DNA of 64,000 nucleotides from a virus: UHGV virus genome UHGV-0026213; one strand, 5' to 3'. Shown piece by piece: positions 18,497 to 27,968 of this stretch (position 1 is its first letter; each line of letters starts with the position of its first letter). The notes under the pieces were generated by a model. It saw only the letters and a program-made list of their open reading frames with translations, ran no database searches and was not told where the DNA came from. The position numbers and the translations under genes were made by a program.

Positions 18497-18503
18497 TCAG
18501 AAT

Positions 18504-18529
18504 GCCCTCTACGGAGGGCTTTATTTTTT
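18504..18529 (+). terminator. intrinsic terminator
   Basis: GCCCTCT-ACG-GAGGGC then TTTATTTTTT. Confidence 0.65.
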
Positions 18530-18549
18530 CGACCTTTAGGAGAATAGAA

Positions 18550-19101
18550 ATGAATAAATTTAATATCTTAGACGCTGAAGTCGTATCTGAAACCAGTTTA
18601 CAGCAGGAAATCTTTCGTATTCAGTTTGGCGATAAAACCCTTATCGTCCCACGTCCGGTAATGATTGGACTGGCTATTTTTATTAACTGTGCGCATTGTA
18701 ATGGTTCTCAACTCTCCACGCTCACTTACAACAATTACGAATTCTATATTCCAGAACACCTGGAATACGATCGCTTCATTGCTTTACGCCCGTTCTACAA
18801 GTTTATGTTAGACGCAGGTTATTCTACACTGACGAAAACGTACATTCGTGATTATTCGAAGCTGGAAACGTTCTATCGTCGTCGCGGTTATCGTGTTCCT
18901 GAGCCTATTGACGGTTTTCAAACACGCGTTGTATTACTTAAACCGCTAGAAAAAGAACTGGCTTGCTATAAACTTGATATCGAGCAGAAGTTACTGCGCG
19001 AGGATTTGTTGAATTTATACAACCAGCTTTCAGTTGTACCGAAAAACACAGTAGAAAACATTCTACCTGATTACGGAATTAGACAATACCAGGAAGGTTA
19101 A
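18550..19101 (+). CDS. hypothetical protein
   Basis: Start at MNKFNIL after RBS AGGAGA (track ORF begins upstream at 18502). Confidence 0.5.
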   Translation: MNKFNILDAEVVSETSLQQEIFRIQFGDKTLIVPRPVMIGLAIFINCAHCNGSQLSTLTYNNYEFYIPEHLEYDRFIALRPFYKFMLDAGYSTLTKTYIRDYSKLETFYRRRGYRVPEPIDGFQTRVVLLKPLEKELACYKLDIEQKLLREDLLNLYNQLSVVPKNTVENILPDYGIRQYQEG

Positions 19102-19103
19102 AA

Positions 19104-19409
19104 ATGAAACTCAAAGCCGATGCGATATGTGTTGTTAAGTTGCCGGAAAGTAATGTGGTGTACTGCGTAAAACGGCTAGACATTCGATTACTGATACCGA
19201 GACTTAATGAACCTGGTTGGAATGGGGATTTGATGATTCCACTGATCAGGCCACTCCCTACGAACGATGGCAATATAACGCATTTGCATATGGAAGCCAA
19301 AGGGCGGTATATTACCGTTTACCATTTAGCCGATCAGTACAAAACGAGTCGGTATACCCGAAAAGATTTTATACGCCATTTAAGAGGCTCACTGGAGATA
19401 AAGAAATGA
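19104..19409 (+). CDS. hypothetical protein
   Basis: RBS AGGAAGG; stop overlaps DHFR start (ATGA). Confidence 0.5.
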   Translation: MKLKADAICVVKLPESNVVYCVKRLDIRLLIPRLNEPGWNGDLMIPLIRPLPTNDGNITHLHMEAKGRYITVYHLADQYKTSRYTRKDFIRHLRGSLEIKK

Positions 19410-19942
19410 CAATTACAGTTTCGATGATAGCTGCTGCTGGGTTGAATAACGAAATTGGGAAAGACAATAAACTACCGTGGCGTATTCCTGATGACTTAAA
19501 GAATTTTAAGGCACTTACATCAGGTAAAGTTATCGTGATGGGAAGCAAGACATGGGAATCGTTAGGGTATAAACCCCTACCAAATCGCCACCATGTCGTG
19601 TTAACGAGAAGACCTGGTGGTGTGCCCGATATCGATGGGGTGCTTAACCTTAAGGGTGAAATAGGTTCGATTATTGAATTCCTCAAAACCGAGGTTGAGA
19701 AAAAGGGTTATCCTAAGGAAATCTTTATTATCGGCGGCGCAGAAATTTACCATCAGGCGTTACCTTACGCGAATAAGATTTACTTGTCACGCGTAGAAGT
19801 TAAAGTCGACGGTGCAGATGCGTTCTTTCCTGAAATCGATCGTAACGAGTTTAGTTTGGTTTATAACTTAACGCACGCTTCCAAACCGGATAGCGATGTT
19901 CCGCGTTGGCATTATCAGATTTGGAAAAGAGATGGGCACTGA
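19406..19942 (+). CDS. dihydrofolate reductase
   Basis: N-terminal ISMIAAAGLNNEIGKDNKLPW, VIVMGSKTWESLG, IGGAEIY align with bacterial DHFR motifs; start inside longer track ORF. Confidence 0.85.
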   Translation: MTITVSMIAAAGLNNEIGKDNKLPWRIPDDLKNFKALTSGKVIVMGSKTWESLGYKPLPNRHHVVLTRRPGGVPDIDGVLNLKGEIGSIIEFLKTEVEKKGYPKEIFIIGGAEIYHQALPYANKIYLSRVEVKVDGADAFFPEIDRNEFSLVYNLTHASKPDSDVPRWHYQIWKRDGH

Positions 19943-20228
19943 GTTTGTAACCTTAGAAAAGCTCTTTTTAGGTAGAGTTGCGAAAGGGAAAATAGCGCGC
20001 TTCACCTGGTATCCTTCCCCCGTAAAGCACGCGTTTATACGCCGTTTACATCAAGAGAAAAGCGTCAGGTTGGTCTTGATAGTGTTGTTCGAAAACAACC
20101 GTGGGCTGTTGATTAACAATCAGCGTTTTGCGGCAGAGATTTGGGCAACCACCTCTGGGGGTGAGGAAGCGTCTGTTGGCTTCGCTAACGATGAGATTAT
20201 CTTTGAAGGTATACCTTATCTGTTATAG
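19932..20228 (+). CDS. hypothetical small protein
   Basis: ATG after RBS GGAAAAGAG overlapping DHFR 3' end; terminator at 20244. Confidence 0.35.
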   Translation: MGTEFVTLEKLFLGRVAKGKIARFTWYPSPVKHAFIRRLHQEKSVRLVLIVLFENNRGLLINNQRFAAEIWATTSGGEEASVGFANDEIIFEGIPYLL

Positions 20229-20243
20229 GTAGGTTAAACGTAA

Positions 20244-20275
20244 AAGGGGACTTCGGTTCCCTTTTATTTTTTTTT
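20244..20275 (+). terminator. intrinsic terminator (UUCG loop)
   Basis: GGGGAC-TTCG-GTTCCCC then T-run. Confidence 0.65.
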
Positions 20276-20317
20276 CATTTCGCGCCTGTGATATGACTAT
20301 AACGAAGGAACAAGCCA

Positions 20318-21826
20318 ATGCAACAGTATTTTGAAATTCCGTCGTTAGACGCGACCATTCGCAAACCAATAATCGATGGCGTTATACAACGTGTACTTAA
20401 TGAGTCTGGTATTGATACAGCAGCGGTTGTTTTCCTCGATGAATTCAATAGCGCCCATCAACCGGATTCTACTTTAGGTGACGGTACTGAAGTAGAGTAC
20501 AGTTCACCTGAAAAGGTTTACGTTGAAGTAGAAGAAGAACGCGATGAGTGGGCCAGAATCAATCGTCAGGTTGGTCAGCAGGCTGAACCGTACTTCTTTG
20601 AAAACTCCGTCGATCAGGTACGCGCCTGGCCCGTTAGAACGATGTATAACGTAACAGTAACGTTACGACGTACCAGTGCCTCACGTGACGAGTTATTGCG
20701 CTGGACGAACCGTTTAGACTCGTTAGTGGACATGGGTCGTTATTCGACTATGACGGAGTCAGAAGCGTTCTATTATATCCCTAAACCTGCTTTAAAATTG
20801 TTGAATGCCTGCTACGTTGCTGCGGGAACGCGAGTATCAACGTTTGACGATTTTAAAGCCTATTTGAAAGCGTATTTTACGCCCGATGTATTTCGCGCAG
20901 CTAATGTTGCTGGCGGTCAGGAAACCATTGCGATACGTTACGCACCTACGCGTTTAGAAACGGTATACGATGTTCAAACACCGGCTTGGGATAAAGATGA
21001 AAACTACTGGGAAGCAACGTTCGTTATCCGTTTCTCTTATCAGCGCCCTGAAGAGATTGTGGTTTCGTATCCGTATATCATCAATCAGACACCGCTGCCT
21101 GATGAATATTGGCCAGAGATAGACCCACCGTGGGTGTCTAACGAAGAACTGGTGTATCGTCATCCACAACAGAAGAATCTCGATTCAACCTGGTGGATTA
21201 ACGAAACCCGTCAGTATATTCGTTTACCGTATTTACTGTCACCGACAGAACAGTTCCACCGTACACATTCCCCGTTGAAAGATAAACTCTTACCGATTTT
21301 CGGTACAGATGTTGTTTTTGAACCGGACAACATGTTATCGCCGAAGGTGATGTCTACGGAAGATTTACCTTACGAATGGAACGAAGCGTTGCTGCCGTAT
21401 ATCGAACATTGTCGTGCGATCGACCCGACAGGACAGACGGGTGTTTTCCGTATCGAGTTGTTCGAAGAGGGGCAGATTATCGAACCGCGTTTCTACCATT
21501 GGGAAGGAAATACGTTTTCGCTTAAAGGTCGTGACCTGAAAGTAAATAAGGGTTATTACTTAACCGAATCGGTCATGTTTGACTGGCGTGGAATGAACCT
21601 CTGGCCATTACAGTTATATCCGCAGGCAGCGAAAGTATTAATTGAGTGGTTGTTCCCGAAATGGGACGTTCCTGATTGGTGGTGGGATAAGCCGGTGTTA
21701 CCGCCGAGCGTTATCGATGACATTAATAAACTGATTCCGAACGTAGAAGCCCGTGTGTTATTGACGGTGCTGAACTCGACCATTATTACCATGCGAGGAA
21801 CAGAGAATGCTCAAAGCGAAGCGTGA
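20318..21826 (+). CDS. hypothetical protein (502 aa), possibly structural
   Basis: Long ORF following terminator. Confidence 0.5.
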   Translation: MQQYFEIPSLDATIRKPIIDGVIQRVLNESGIDTAAVVFLDEFNSAHQPDSTLGDGTEVEYSSPEKVYVEVEEERDEWARINRQVGQQAEPYFFENSVDQVRAWPVRTMYNVTVTLRRTSASRDELLRWTNRLDSLVDMGRYSTMTESEAFYYIPKPALKLLNACYVAAGTRVSTFDDFKAYLKAYFTPDVFRAANVAGGQETIAIRYAPTRLETVYDVQTPAWDKDENYWEATFVIRFSYQRPEEIVVSYPYIINQTPLPDEYWPEIDPPWVSNEELVYRHPQQKNLDSTWWINETRQYIRLPYLLSPTEQFHRTHSPLKDKLLPIFGTDVVFEPDNMLSPKVMSTEDLPYEWNEALLPYIEHCRAIDPTGQTGVFRIELFEEGQIIEPRFYHWEGNTFSLKGRDLKVNKGYYLTESVMFDWRGMNLWPLQLYPQAAKVLIEWLFPKWDVPDWWWDKPVLPPSVIDDINKLIPNVEARVLLTVLNSTIITMRGTENAQSEA

Positions 21827-23177
21827 TAAACCGTCTTCTTTCGAACCGGTGGAACGCCCGATCCCTGAGTTGAATAAACCACAAGACGGTGTGAAGGAAA
21901 CCACGAACGTGGTGACACAGCCGACACGTACAACGGTAACGGATTTAGAGCGTATACCGAAACAGTACCTGATGAAGTACCTGGAAGGGTCTTCCTGGAC
22001 AGTGGATTTCTTTAATTTCCTGAAAGGGCGTAACGACGCGAAGAAATTCTTCGATTCGAAGGTACTTACGCCTGACCAGCAAGTAGAGAAAATCATCGGG
22101 TTAGAATTGCGTGTCACCACACCGTTAGATCGTTCTCAGGATACAACGAACAAAACGTTCACCATGTCCGGTGCCGCAACAATGGCGAACTCGGTGATTC
22201 CCAACGAAGGGTGTTTTTTCGTTGCCCCGATTGGGGACGGTCGGTTCGCGTTGTTCAACGTCACGAACGTCGTACGGATGTCCAATAACAAAATTGCAAC
22301 GTATAACATCGAGTATACGCTGCTGTTTGAAGTTGATCCAGAAGTTGCGGAAACCATTCGCCGTTGTACGGTTCGTGAGTATTATTACGTTTCTGAACGT
22401 GCCTGGACGGGCGGTGATACGTTACTGACACCGAAAGAATACCGTGCGTTTTTGAAGGTTGTTGATGCGATTGCCGACATTGAACAGACTTACGTAAAAC
22501 GATTTTACGATGGGGAAACGGCAACGTTGCTTTTCCCGCACGATCGGCACAGCGATGGGTTGCGTAGTCGCGCGTACTACGATGTGTTCTTAGCACAGTT
22601 TGTACGCTCTGTAGGCTTACGCACCGTTGGTAAAGATATTCAAATCTATCCACATCCACCAATGCGTGTGGAAGATATTGAAACGGTCTGGACAGCGTTG
22701 TTAAATCAATCTCCAACGTTCTTAGCGGATTACAAACGTGATTCCAGTGCCTGGCAGGTAAAAACCTTCCGTACGATGCAGCATCGGAATTCTGTGACCT
22801 GGTCATTAATTTCGGATACCCGATTCTTTACCGATGAATTAAAACCGGGCTATGGGATGGCGCAACGTTTCCCTGGACAGTGGCCGAAGTGGACGGAGTT
22901 TGAACCGGTTGAAGTGGAGAACTATCGGGGTAATGAAGGTGAATCAATCCCTGCATTTCTACCACTGACTTACGAACCGTATTTGTTAAGCCCAACGTTC
23001 TACGAGGGCTCGTACAGTTCGTTATTAGAATACGGTTTATATCTCTATCTGAATAAACGCCCACTGTCAACGGTAATTGCATTACGGTTGTTTGAAGAAG
23101 TTTACCGTTTGCCGAAGGATGCGCAGTTCTACTATATTCCGATGGTGTATTTGTTGTTACGGTATGCGAGGGATTAA
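21807..23177 (+). CDS. hypothetical protein (456 aa), possibly structural
   Basis: RBS GAGGAACAGAG; overlaps upstream gene by 20 nt. Confidence 0.5.
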   Translation: MLKAKRDKPSSFEPVERPIPELNKPQDGVKETTNVVTQPTRTTVTDLERIPKQYLMKYLEGSSWTVDFFNFLKGRNDAKKFFDSKVLTPDQQVEKIIGLELRVTTPLDRSQDTTNKTFTMSGAATMANSVIPNEGCFFVAPIGDGRFALFNVTNVVRMSNNKIATYNIEYTLLFEVDPEVAETIRRCTVREYYYVSERAWTGGDTLLTPKEYRAFLKVVDAIADIEQTYVKRFYDGETATLLFPHDRHSDGLRSRAYYDVFLAQFVRSVGLRTVGKDIQIYPHPPMRVEDIETVWTALLNQSPTFLADYKRDSSAWQVKTFRTMQHRNSVTWSLISDTRFFTDELKPGYGMAQRFPGQWPKWTEFEPVEVENYRGNEGESIPAFLPLTYEPYLLSPTFYEGSYSSLLEYGLYLYLNKRPLSTVIALRLFEEVYRLPKDAQFYYIPMVYLLLRYARD

Positions 23178-23178
23178 C

Positions 23179-23718
23179 GTGGCTGAAAAACGTAGCGCAG
23201 CATTTATGCTGTTTCACAAGTGGGTGGGATGGCGTGTCCCTGAGTGGACGACGATTTCAACGTACATGTCTCAGGAACATGGGTTGTTCTTACCGGAAGA
23301 CGAGAAAAAAGCACGCGCGATACTGCTCAATAAAAAGACCGTATACATGCGACCTTTCGAAGTTGCGGTTTATGCAGAATCAGGCGCAGCATTAGACGTC
23401 CACGACCCACATGACGGGATCATCGTGTACGGGTATATCATGGAACACTTAGCTGATTGGCTAAATTACATGCAGACCCCACACCTGACAACACGTAAAG
23501 TCCCTATGGAGGGCTTGCGTCAGTTTAATGCGTTAGCGCGTAAACTGTTCCCGGTAGCGAACCGTTACGGTTACTTTAAGAAACCTGAAGTAACAATGGC
23601 GGTTTCCGTACAAGCGTTATTTGGCGAAGTCCGATTGGAAACAGAGCGGCATCAGTTCAACGATACGATTATGCACCGTATTGAACAGATATACCGTAGA
23701 CGTGGAGGAATTCTGTAA
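23179..23718 (+). CDS. hypothetical protein
   Basis: Putative GTG start after RBS GAGGG just past upstream stop; exact start uncertain. Confidence 0.4.
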   Translation: MAEKRSAAFMLFHKWVGWRVPEWTTISTYMSQEHGLFLPEDEKKARAILLNKKTVYMRPFEVAVYAESGAALDVHDPHDGIIVYGYIMEHLADWLNYMQTPHLTTRKVPMEGLRQFNALARKLFPVANRYGYFKKPEVTMAVSVQALFGEVRLETERHQFNDTIMHRIEQIYRRRGGIL

Positions 23719-25037
23719 TGTCGTTTGGTCGGTTACAGAACATAGCAAACGTGCACATTGCACAAGCGGCGGGATTACCGGCCATCGACTACGTACCCCT
23801 TATCACGGTTCGTGGGGTGACGATTGACGTTTACAAAACCATGTCGATAATCCATGCCAGTAATTTCGCTCAGGATTTAACGACCATCACGCACCTCAGT
23901 GTGGTGATTCCACTGAGCCAGCAACGTATTCTTACGTCGTCGGCAGAAGGGGATTTATCAGTTAAAATCCTGATGCGGACAATGAACAAGAAAACCATTG
24001 CCCAACTGAACTACCGAGGAATTGTGGTTAACAACCACGATCCTGATATGGAATCACCTACAATGTTTTTGGGTGAATCTGACCAAAAAGGGTTGGGTGT
24101 GGTAACGTTGGAACTGATGGACGAATCGATGTGGTTCCTTCGTTGTCGTCAGGTAGGCGGGATTTACCACGAAACTGACGGATTAAGTGTCGTTCGTGCA
24201 TTACTTGCCGATACGTTACCTACCGGGGATGCACCAGAAGGTCAGTTGGTTGGTGTGGAATACGAGGAAGAAGAACAACAGCCTTATCGCGACATTTTGA
24301 TTCCCGATTCGCAAAGTTTTCTTTCGGTTTTCGATTTCATTCAGAACCGCTACGGTGTGTATAGCCAAGGATTAGGTGTCTTCTTGTATAAACACCGTTG
24401 GCATATCTTTCAACCGTGGGATTCTAAGAAATTCTCTACGGCAAAAAAGAAACTGGTGGTGATTAACCTTCCCAGAGAGAAAGTTGCCTATTTAGATAAA
24501 ACGTGCCACATTGCAGGTGACGTTATTTATCTGATTTGTGGTGGCGATGTTCACACTTTCGAAGACAAAGACGCTCTTGCGCTAAATCAGGGAACAGGTT
24601 ACCGCGTGGGCTCAATCCGTGCCTTAGATGGACGTGCAAGTTCTTTCTCTCCAGGCGACGTTTCAGCAACGACGTCAGATTCGTTTGTTTCGGCAGCAGA
24701 CCCTACACAGTACCCCGGTGGTGTTGTTAATGCGCCTATTGATCCAAACGAGCACTTCAGCGACACGGATAAACCACGTCGTTCTAAGTTGGCTGCCGCC
24801 AGAGGGACACTGACCGCAACGACCTGGAACCGTTCAGCGTACGGTTTATTGCAGCCGGGTATGGCAGTAAAATATCTGTATGCGAATAATTACGGTGTAT
24901 ACACTCGTTATGGGACGTTGGTTGGTGAAGTTTTCCAAGCTGCCGTTGATGGTGGTTCGATGGCGTCCCCACAATTTAATACCATTAGTCAATTGACGTT
25001 GTGGTTGACTAATGAAAAATTTACAACCGCTACGTAA
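23718..25037 (+). CDS. hypothetical protein (439 aa), possibly structural
   Basis: RBS GGAGGA; coupled start. Confidence 0.5.
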   Translation: MSFGRLQNIANVHIAQAAGLPAIDYVPLITVRGVTIDVYKTMSIIHASNFAQDLTTITHLSVVIPLSQQRILTSSAEGDLSVKILMRTMNKKTIAQLNYRGIVVNNHDPDMESPTMFLGESDQKGLGVVTLELMDESMWFLRCRQVGGIYHETDGLSVVRALLADTLPTGDAPEGQLVGVEYEEEEQQPYRDILIPDSQSFLSVFDFIQNRYGVYSQGLGVFLYKHRWHIFQPWDSKKFSTAKKKLVVINLPREKVAYLDKTCHIAGDVIYLICGGDVHTFEDKDALALNQGTGYRVGSIRALDGRASSFSPGDVSATTSDSFVSAADPTQYPGGVVNAPIDPNEHFSDTDKPRRSKLAAARGTLTATTWNRSAYGLLQPGMAVKYLYANNYGVYTRYGTLVGEVFQAAVDGGSMASPQFNTISQLTLWLTNEKFTTAT

Positions 25038-25069
25038 ATTATGTCGTCCGTAACCTAAAGGATTTGTTA

Positions 25070-25870
25070 ATGAGTAATCTACTTACTTTCAGAATGTCTG
25101 GCCAAACGTTAATCCAAATCGACAAGTTCGAAGAAGAGAATTTTTCGAAACCGTCGAAGTTGTTAGAACGTTGCCTTAATGTTATTCCTGGTGGCGAACA
25201 ACGCCAGTTGGACTACATCATGGCGTCCAGTGCTGACAAAACGATTTCTGTTATTTATACCGTAGACGGTGTACAGAATTGTCGCTTATTACCAATCGAA
25301 GAAAAAGGGACGTTAGGTCATTTGTTGTTCCTGCACGCGATCACAACTGCCGTGGTGTCTGGTGCTTTAGAAGCGCAATACGGCTTTGCTTATTGTTACT
25401 TCTATGCTCAGAAATTAGCTGCAGCGGTTGTTCCAGGGCAACAAGAAACCTATCCTCAGTATATTGAACGTATTCTCCCTTCACACTTTAGTGAGTCGGA
25501 AGACTACGACTTCAATGCGTTTCGTTTTACCGTGGTGGGTGAAGCCCGCGATCCTGAATACACAACAGCGGTTCGTGCGGTGGTGCGCTATTCTGTTATT
25601 TCTACAGACAGCGGCACATCAAATAACTTTAATGAAGTGTATCCGGTCTTGCAGTTAGGTCCTTATGTGACTTTCAACAGCTATGTGCCATTCAGTTGCC
25701 AGCTTGTGGGTCCGCAGGATAACGATTCTATTCTCCCTGTTGCGGAAGAAAAGTCATTGTTTATTCGCGAATCTGTAGAAGCTATTAGCGATAAGCGCTT
25801 TATGATTTCTTCGAAGACGGGCATTAACGATCCTGAAATCGCTGTAATGGATAAGATGCAAGGTCTGTAA
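25070..25870 (+). CDS. hypothetical protein
   Basis: ATG after RBS AAGGA; terminator at 25877. Confidence 0.5.
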   Translation: MSNLLTFRMSGQTLIQIDKFEEENFSKPSKLLERCLNVIPGGEQRQLDYIMASSADKTISVIYTVDGVQNCRLLPIEEKGTLGHLLFLHAITTAVVSGALEAQYGFAYCYFYAQKLAAAVVPGQQETYPQYIERILPSHFSESEDYDFNAFRFTVVGEARDPEYTTAVRAVVRYSVISTDSGTSNNFNEVYPVLQLGPYVTFNSYVPFSCQLVGPQDNDSILPVAEEKSLFIRESVEAISDKRFMISSKTGINDPEIAVMDKMQGL

Positions 25871-25876
25871 AAACTT

Positions 25877-25915
25877 CCCGTTACCTCTATGGGTAACGGG
25901 AATACCTTTTATTTA
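25877..25915 (+). terminator. intrinsic terminator
   Basis: CCCGTTACC/GGTAACGGG stem then T-rich tract. Confidence 0.55.
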
Positions 25916-26035
25916 TTCCTAAACGACACGCAGAAGTCATTTAACCGTTAAGACGACTAATTACCCTTTAAAAAGAAAATTGCGTCAAAATGCGTTTTAG
26001 AGCGTTCTAGAGGGTATATGGATTCAAAAAGATTT

Positions 26036-26075
26036 CAGATATATATTACCTAGGTGAGAGTTTACGTAATACTCA
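26036..26075 (+). promoter_or_regulatory. promoter-like motif CAGATATATATTACCTAGGTGAGAG plus downstream hairpin
   Basis: Conserved motif upstream of 47-aa gene. Confidence 0.5.
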
Positions 26076-26106
26076 TTTATCGAATACCTAATTAGGAGTT
26101 ATATCA

Positions 26107-26250
26107 TGATTTCTGTAAAACACAAAAAAGCTATCTTCGCTGTTGTTATTGCTGTTGTTCTGGGTTGCCTGTACCTGGACATCGACAAAGGCTACGACAC
26201 TTGCATCGACAACGGTAATTCCGTTGCACAGTGCACTGGTCGTGGTTAAT
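26107..26250 (+). CDS. small (47 aa) membrane-anchored cysteine-containing protein
   Basis: Not in ORF track; RBS AGGAG; strong codon bias; hydrophobic N-terminus AIFAVVIAVVLGCLYL; promoter motif upstream and terminator downstream. Confidence 0.5.
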
Positions 26251-26257
26251 GTATAAG

Positions 26258-26287
26258 GCACCTTCGGGTGCCCTTAATTTTTTTATT
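26258..26287 (+). terminator. intrinsic terminator (UUCG loop)
   Basis: GGCACC-TTCG-GGTGCC then T-run. Confidence 0.65.
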
Positions 26288-26303
26288 AATTGGAGCATAA
26301 AAG

Positions 26304-27119
26304 ATGATTACCATTAAAGATTATTTTCCGCGTGGTCTGAGCAATGAAAACTTCGTTCCAACTGAAGACATTGCCATCGTAACAGAGTCCAGCGATAAGT
26401 CTTTTAAACTCTACTTGAGTACGGCAGCAGGAAAATCCACTCTTATCCTTCGCGAACCTGAGGTGATAAGCATCTGCTCGTTTGGGGGCGGTGTAGAAGG
26501 AACGATTAATTGGTTGAAATCCAGAATGCATCGTTTGCTTATCGTGAACATCGATCCTGTGATTCGTTTACAGCAATTGAAATCGTTGAATGAAGTTATC
26601 GTCGGATTATTGGAACATGAAACGTTCGGTAATGCAGCGATTGCGGAAGAGATTAAATCTGTAGAACTAATCGAGTGGAGTGATATCGAATACGAACGTG
26701 CTGCGTTATTCGCAATGTACGGTGACGATAATCCTGTTGTGTTTGCACAAACATTAGATAACGTTACGGTAACAGCGCGCGTATTGTTTGGCTTACAGCG
26801 TGTTGAGTTTGAACTGAAACACGTTTATGTAAGTAATGCTCCAGAGATGGTGGAAACGTTGACTCGTGCGTTCGCTTACCCGTTAGACGGAGAATGGGAA
26901 CAGCAGATTAATGAAGCGTTAGGTGCGATGCTGTTCTTAGCAGGCACACTAAGGAAAGAAGAGAAATTAGAAGGTCGTGTCTATCCAGAATACGATTTTG
27001 TTTGTGAAGAATGTGGAGCACAGTATCAAATACGTGTTCCTTTAACCGGCCTGACAATCCCGAAAGCCAACGTGCAATGTAAGGAATGTGGCCATGTTCA
27101 ATACGTAGCGACTAAATAA
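26304..27119 (+). CDS. hypothetical protein with C-terminal zinc-ribbon-like CxxC...CxxC
   Basis: CEECG ... CKECGH near C-terminus; RBS GGAG. Confidence 0.5.
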   Translation: MITIKDYFPRGLSNENFVPTEDIAIVTESSDKSFKLYLSTAAGKSTLILREPEVISICSFGGGVEGTINWLKSRMHRLLIVNIDPVIRLQQLKSLNEVIVGLLEHETFGNAAIAEEIKSVELIEWSDIEYERAALFAMYGDDNPVVFAQTLDNVTVTARVLFGLQRVEFELKHVYVSNAPEMVETLTRAFAYPLDGEWEQQINEALGAMLFLAGTLRKEEKLEGRVYPEYDFVCEECGAQYQIRVPLTGLTIPKANVQCKECGHVQYVATK

Positions 27120-27125
27120 AAGCAA

Positions 27126-27168
27126 CCCCTAATCCCGAAAAGGATTAGGGGTACACTTTATTTATTTT
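27126..27168 (+). terminator. intrinsic terminator
   Basis: CCCCTAATCC/GGATTAGGGG stem then T-rich tract. Confidence 0.6.
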
Positions 27169-27195
27169 CGCAAAATCGACATAGGTGATGAGTTC

Positions 27196-27396
27196 ATGAA
27201 ACATGAACTGCTGTTTCGACGGTTAAACGAGTTGTCAACAAAACAACTTGAGTTTCAGCGAAGGGTTAGTGAAATAACGCGACCAACGTTGCATATCCAA
27301 GAAACACCCAGTTGGCAGTTGAGAGGAGGTAACAACCTAAAGGGGAGTGCGCCAACACTCCCCATAGGCGCTTTATCTTTTCGAAAGAGAAGATAA
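27196..27396 (+). CDS. small protein, divergent member of tandem paralogue family
   Basis: Shares core KQLEFQRRVSE with the two downstream small ORFs; 3' end runs through a hairpin. Confidence 0.35.
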   Translation: MKHELLFRRLNELSTKQLEFQRRVSEITRPTLHIQETPSWQLRGGNNLKGSAPTLPIGALSFRKRR

Positions 27397-27453
27397 AGCA
27401 GTAGGGACTGCCGGTACAGTCCCTACTTGTTGCTATTACACCCGCGTAATAGC
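27371..27453 (+). repeat. three-hairpin structured element, copy 1
   Basis: Hairpins at 27371-27398, 27401-27426, 27432-27453; copy 2 lies 320 nt downstream. Confidence 0.5.
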
Positions 27454-27482
27454 TTAATCCCCAACTCGTGTGAGGTTTTAAC

Positions 27483-27653
27483 ATGACTAACAACAATACA
27501 CGTATCTTTACTTCTATCTCAAACAGCTATGCAGAACAAGCGAGGTTTAATGAACGATTAAGAGAAGTTCAACAGCTAGGATTAAATAAAAGGCTTAAAC
27601 CTTCTAATAATCCTCGAGTACAAATCTTCACCGAAAGGAGAAGTAACTACTAA
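27483..27653 (+). CDS. small protein (56 aa), tandem paralogue family
   Basis: Not in ORF track; RBS GAGGT; paralogous to 27807 ORF; terminator follows. Confidence 0.45.
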   Translation: MTNNNTRIFTSISNSYAEQARFNERLREVQQLGLNKRLKPSNNPRVQIFTERRSNY

Positions 27654-27663
27654 ATAAAATAAA

Positions 27664-27685
27664 GGGGTGGTGAAGCACCCCTTTT
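27664..27685 (+). terminator. intrinsic terminator
   Basis: GGGGTG-GTGAAG-CACCCC then TTTT. Confidence 0.55.
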
Positions 27686-27690
27686 CATAG

Positions 27691-27776
27691 CTTTAACTTT
27701 TCGAAAGAGAAGTTAAAGCAGCAGAGACTGGCGGAACAGTCTCTGCTGTACGGTGTCAACACATAAAGTTGTTGAC
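27691..27776 (+). repeat. three-hairpin structured element, copy 2
   Basis: Hairpins at 27691-27718, 27721-27746, 27755-27776; stems differ from copy 1 by paired compensatory substitutions. Confidence 0.5.
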
Positions 27777-27806
27777 GTTTTTACAACATTACAAAAGGTA
27801 ATGAAA

Positions 27807-27968
27807 ATGAACGAATATCAAATACAGATGTTCAATACCGCGATGCGAAATCGTGAAAAACAAATTCAGTTTAACCAACGCATGGACGAATATGTTCGTC
27901 TCGGCCTCGTTGCGGCACCGAAAACGGTTAACAACCACAATGTTCACCAACCACCTGTAAGGAGATAA
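27807..27968 (+). CDS. small protein (53 aa), tandem paralogue family
   Basis: RBS AAGGT; motif F..Q..FN.R..E...LGL shared with 27483 ORF. Confidence 0.45.
   Translation: MNEYQIQMFNTAMRNREKQIQFNQRMDEYVRLGLVAAPKTVNNHNVHQPPVRR

Noticed and set aside
27371-27776. Repeated hairpins considered as a CRISPR array
   Set aside because: Only two copies, 320 bp apart, with imperfectly identical sequences and ORFs in between; this does not fit a repeat-spacer architecture.
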